Source: a virus
DNA length: 64,000 bases
IMG/VR virus record: IMGVR_UViG_3300028197_001952
Coordinates: 13,602 to 77,601 of that record
Reading direction: 5' to 3' (one strand)
Of the stretch, positions 61,858 through 64,000 are shown one piece after another (position 1 is the first letter of the stretch; every line of letters starts with the position of its first letter). The position numbers were made by a program, and so were the translations under genes. The notes under the pieces were generated by a model, which was not told the origin of the DNA, did not search any database, and was given only the letters and a program-made list of their open reading frames with translations.

Positions 61858-62823
61858 TTATTTCCAAGTGAATCCTGCACCCATATGTCCAAACCCAGCA
61901 CTTTTACCAAATATTGGTTTTCTGAGTTCTAAGAAATCTATTATTCCTTTAGGTGATAAATCATATCCTTTGATAAATTCGTGTTCTCCATCAACGATTG
62001 CAGTTGCTTGAAGAGGTTGGTCATATCCAATTGCATATGCAAGTTGAATCATAACTTCTTTTACCTCTGGTCTTTGTTCTAAAATATCTACTGCGATTCT
62101 TCTTCCCATATAAGCTGCACTTCTATCAACCTTAGTACAATCTTTACCACTAAATGCTCCACCACCAAGTGGAACTCTCGGTCCGTAATTATCTACTGCA
62201 AGTTTTCTACCAGTTAATCCAGCATCAGCAGTAAACCCACCAATGTTCCAATCTCCTGCAGGATTACAATGTAATGATTCAATAAAGTAATCAGGATAAT
62301 CTTCAAAATATTCCATTACTAATTTCTGTAATTCTTTTCCTGGTGCATTCTGAAATGAACATACAACTCTTAATGAGTTTCCATTCATAGTAACTTGAGT
62401 TTTACCATCATAAGGATATTTATCAAATACAAACTTATTTAATTCTCTTGATAAGAAATATTCTTGTGGTAGAAATTCTTTATTATCTCTACAAGCATAA
62501 CCAATCATTATTCCTTGGTCACCTGCTCCACCAGTATCAACTCCATTTGCAATCTCTGGCGATTGTGAGTTGATGTTAATAATAACTTCAATCGTATCAT
62601 CGGTAGTTACATCATGTACTACCTTTACAATATTTTCTTTTGTTACTACTGCGGTTGAAGTAACTTCTCCTGTTACATAAACCAATCCATTCCCTCCACA
62701 AGTTTCAATTGCTACTCGTGAGTTTGGATCTTGTTGTAAATGTAAATCTAATAATGTGTCTGATATTCTATCACACATTTTGTCTGGGTGCATCGGAGAT
62801 ACACATTCTGCTGTTCTAATCAT
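61858..62823 (-). CDS. metK: S-adenosylmethionine synthetase
   Basis: HPDKMCD, GAGDQG, DAGLTGRK and GGGAFSGKD.TKVDRSAAY. Confidence 0.95.
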   Translation of the reverse strand: MIRTAECVSPMHPDKMCDRISDTLLDLHLQQDPNSRVAIETCGGNGLVYVTGEVTSTAVVTKENIVKVVHDVTTDDTIEVIININSQSPEIANGVDTGGAGDQGIMIGYACRDNKEFLPQEYFLSRELNKFVFDKYPYDGKTQVTMNGNSLRVVCSFQNAPGKELQKLVMEYFEDYPDYFIESLHCNPAGDWNIGGFTADAGLTGRKLAVDNYGPRVPLGGGAFSGKDCTKVDRSAAYMGRRIAVDILEQRPEVKEVMIQLAYAIGYDQPLQATAIVDGEHEFIKGYDLSPKGIIDFLELRKPIFGKSAGFGHMGAGFTWK

Positions 62824-62840
62824 CTATTCTGATTTTGTTA

Positions 62841-63461
62841 TTAAGTAATTTTTGGTTTATCTTTACGATATATTTCTACTGTTGAGGCTTTACCTGTGGT
62901 ATCTCCATTAAACTCTGCATCTAACTCTGTACCTTTGAAAAAGAATTTATCTATTATATCCCAATCACCGTCATTAGTTTCTATACAACCATTAGTATAA
63001 TAGAAATCTTTGGCGGTTGGTATTGTATCTGATTCAAATTCGTATTCTTGAAGACAACCCTTATTCTCATCAAATGAACATAATATATTATCAACACCTT
63101 TTATATATTCAGGCATAGCACAATGTACTGAACTTAATTCATCTGCCTTATCATCTCCTATGATTTCCCATGCATGAGGAATATCGTGAAATTGCCATTT
63201 TGTTATCTCTACATCATCCTCATATAGATAACAATAAAGTGCTGAGTTATCTAGTGGCGATGTTTCGTGAAACAAATCCGGACTCCACCAATCGTTTAAT
63301 CCAAGTTCTTCATTTTCTTCTATATCCCATCTAGCTTCCCATAGTTCACCATATTCTTTTTCTTTCATTAAAGATTGAATACCTTCTACTTGTTTATCTG
63401 TTAAGGAATGACCTACTGCTTCAACTTCCCAACCATATAATTCTAATCTATATTTTTTCAT
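62841..63461 (-). CDS. acidic hypothetical protein
   Basis: 206-aa ORF between thyA and metK. Confidence 0.5.
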   Translation of the reverse strand: MKKYRLELYGWEVEAVGHSLTDKQVEGIQSLMKEKEYGELWEARWDIEENEELGLNDWWSPDLFHETSPLDNSALYCYLYEDDVEITKWQFHDIPHAWEIIGDDKADELSSVHCAMPEYIKGVDNILCSFDENKGCLQEYEFESDTIPTAKDFYYTNGCIETNDGDWDIIDKFFFKGTELDAEFNGDTTGKASTVEIYRKDKPKIT

Positions 63462-63470
63462 AATTTCTGT

Positions 63471-64000
63471 TTAATTACTTAATGGTGCTTTTATTGTTGG
63501 ATGATATTCATAATCTTTAATTTCATAATCCCATTCTCCATTTAAGATATCTACATTAGTTAGTTTAATTGTAGGTAATTTAAATGATGTTCTTTGTATT
63601 TGTTCTTCGGCTTGTTTTAAATGATTACTATATAAATGAGTATCACCTAAGTTTCCAATCAGTTCACCTGGTTTTAAATTTGTTTCTTCACATAGTAAAA
63701 GTAATAGAGTACCATAAGATGCGATATTAAATGGTAACCCTAAGAAAGTATCAACTGAACGTTGATTCCACATTAGAGATAACTTACCATCGTTTACATA
63801 ACATTGGAATCCATAATGACAAGGAGGTAGAACTACCTTATCTAATTCCCCCACATTCCAAGCTGATACCATCAATCTTCTACTATCAGGATTCTCTTTT
63901 ATGTTTTGTATTAGTTCTTTGATTTGGTCTACACAATATGGATTAACCTTGTCATCATATCCAAACCAATTTCTCCATTGTTTACCATATATTGGTCCGA
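63471..64000 (-). CDS. thyA: thymidylate synthase (5' part outside window)
   Basis: GPIYGKQWR, PDSRR, LPPCH, QRSVD.FLGLPFNIASY and GDTHLYSNH. Confidence 0.95.
   Translation of the reverse strand, partial: GPIYGKQWRNWFGYDDKVNPYCVDQIKELIQNIKENPDSRRLMVSAWNVGELDKVVLPPCHYGFQCYVNDGKLSLMWNQRSVDTFLGLPFNIASYGTLLLLLCEETNLKPGELIGNLGDTHLYSNHLKQAEEQIQRTSFKLPTIKLTNVDILNGEWDYEIKDYEYHPTIKAPLSN

Noticed and set aside
86-63922. Plus-strand and nested short ORFs in the ORF track
   Set aside because: They are antisense or out-of-frame shadows of long minus-strand genes, with no recognisable motifs.
1-64000. Eukaryotic giant virus or bacterial capsule locus as the source
   Set aside because: gp6/gp25/gp5-like baseplate genes, a sigma-like factor, deformylase and bacterial promoters indicate a tailed phage. 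No flippase, polymerase or export genes for a capsule are present.
1-64000. tRNA, rRNA, integrase or transposase genes
   Set aside because: None recognised. Intergenic gaps are short and show no cloverleaf or T-loop motifs by eye.

Overview
This is a very AT-rich, gene-dense 64 kb segment of a large myovirus-like (probably jumbo) phage. Nearly all genes are on the minus strand. Host-type TAnnTTTG promoters point to a Bacteroidota host. From left to right it holds four blocks. (1) 1-22.8 kb is a glycan synthesis and modification island: NeuB/NeuA nonulosonate enzymes, UDP-sugar dehydrogenase, GT47-, GT2-, GT4- and GT28-like transferases, two GT7 enzymes with an inserted LamG domain, three SGNH proteins, two radical SAM enzymes, a sulfotransferase and a methyltransferase. 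(2) 22.8-36.9 kb has a ~2825-aa modular tail fibre, a small divergent ribbon-helix-helix gene missing from the ORF track, a fused Mre11-Rad50, primase, a GIY-YIG nuclease and a second sulfotransferase. (3) 37-56.7 kb is a baseplate/tail module with gp6-, gp25- and gp5-like proteins and a CHAP protein. (4) 56.8-64 kb has a candidate structured ncRNA, a carbamoyltransferase, a gp55-like sigma factor, a lysozyme-fold protein, peptide deformylase, MetK and ThyA. Two promoter classes are visible: a putative late motif ATATTTATA (11 copies) and a host-like motif T(T/A)GG-N17-CGTATATT (4 copies). The main hypothesis is a late-expressed virion glycosylation system, paired with an enriched [S/T]-[G/A]-S motif in structural proteins as a candidate acceptor sequon. 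All calls come from reading motifs by eye; no database searches were run.
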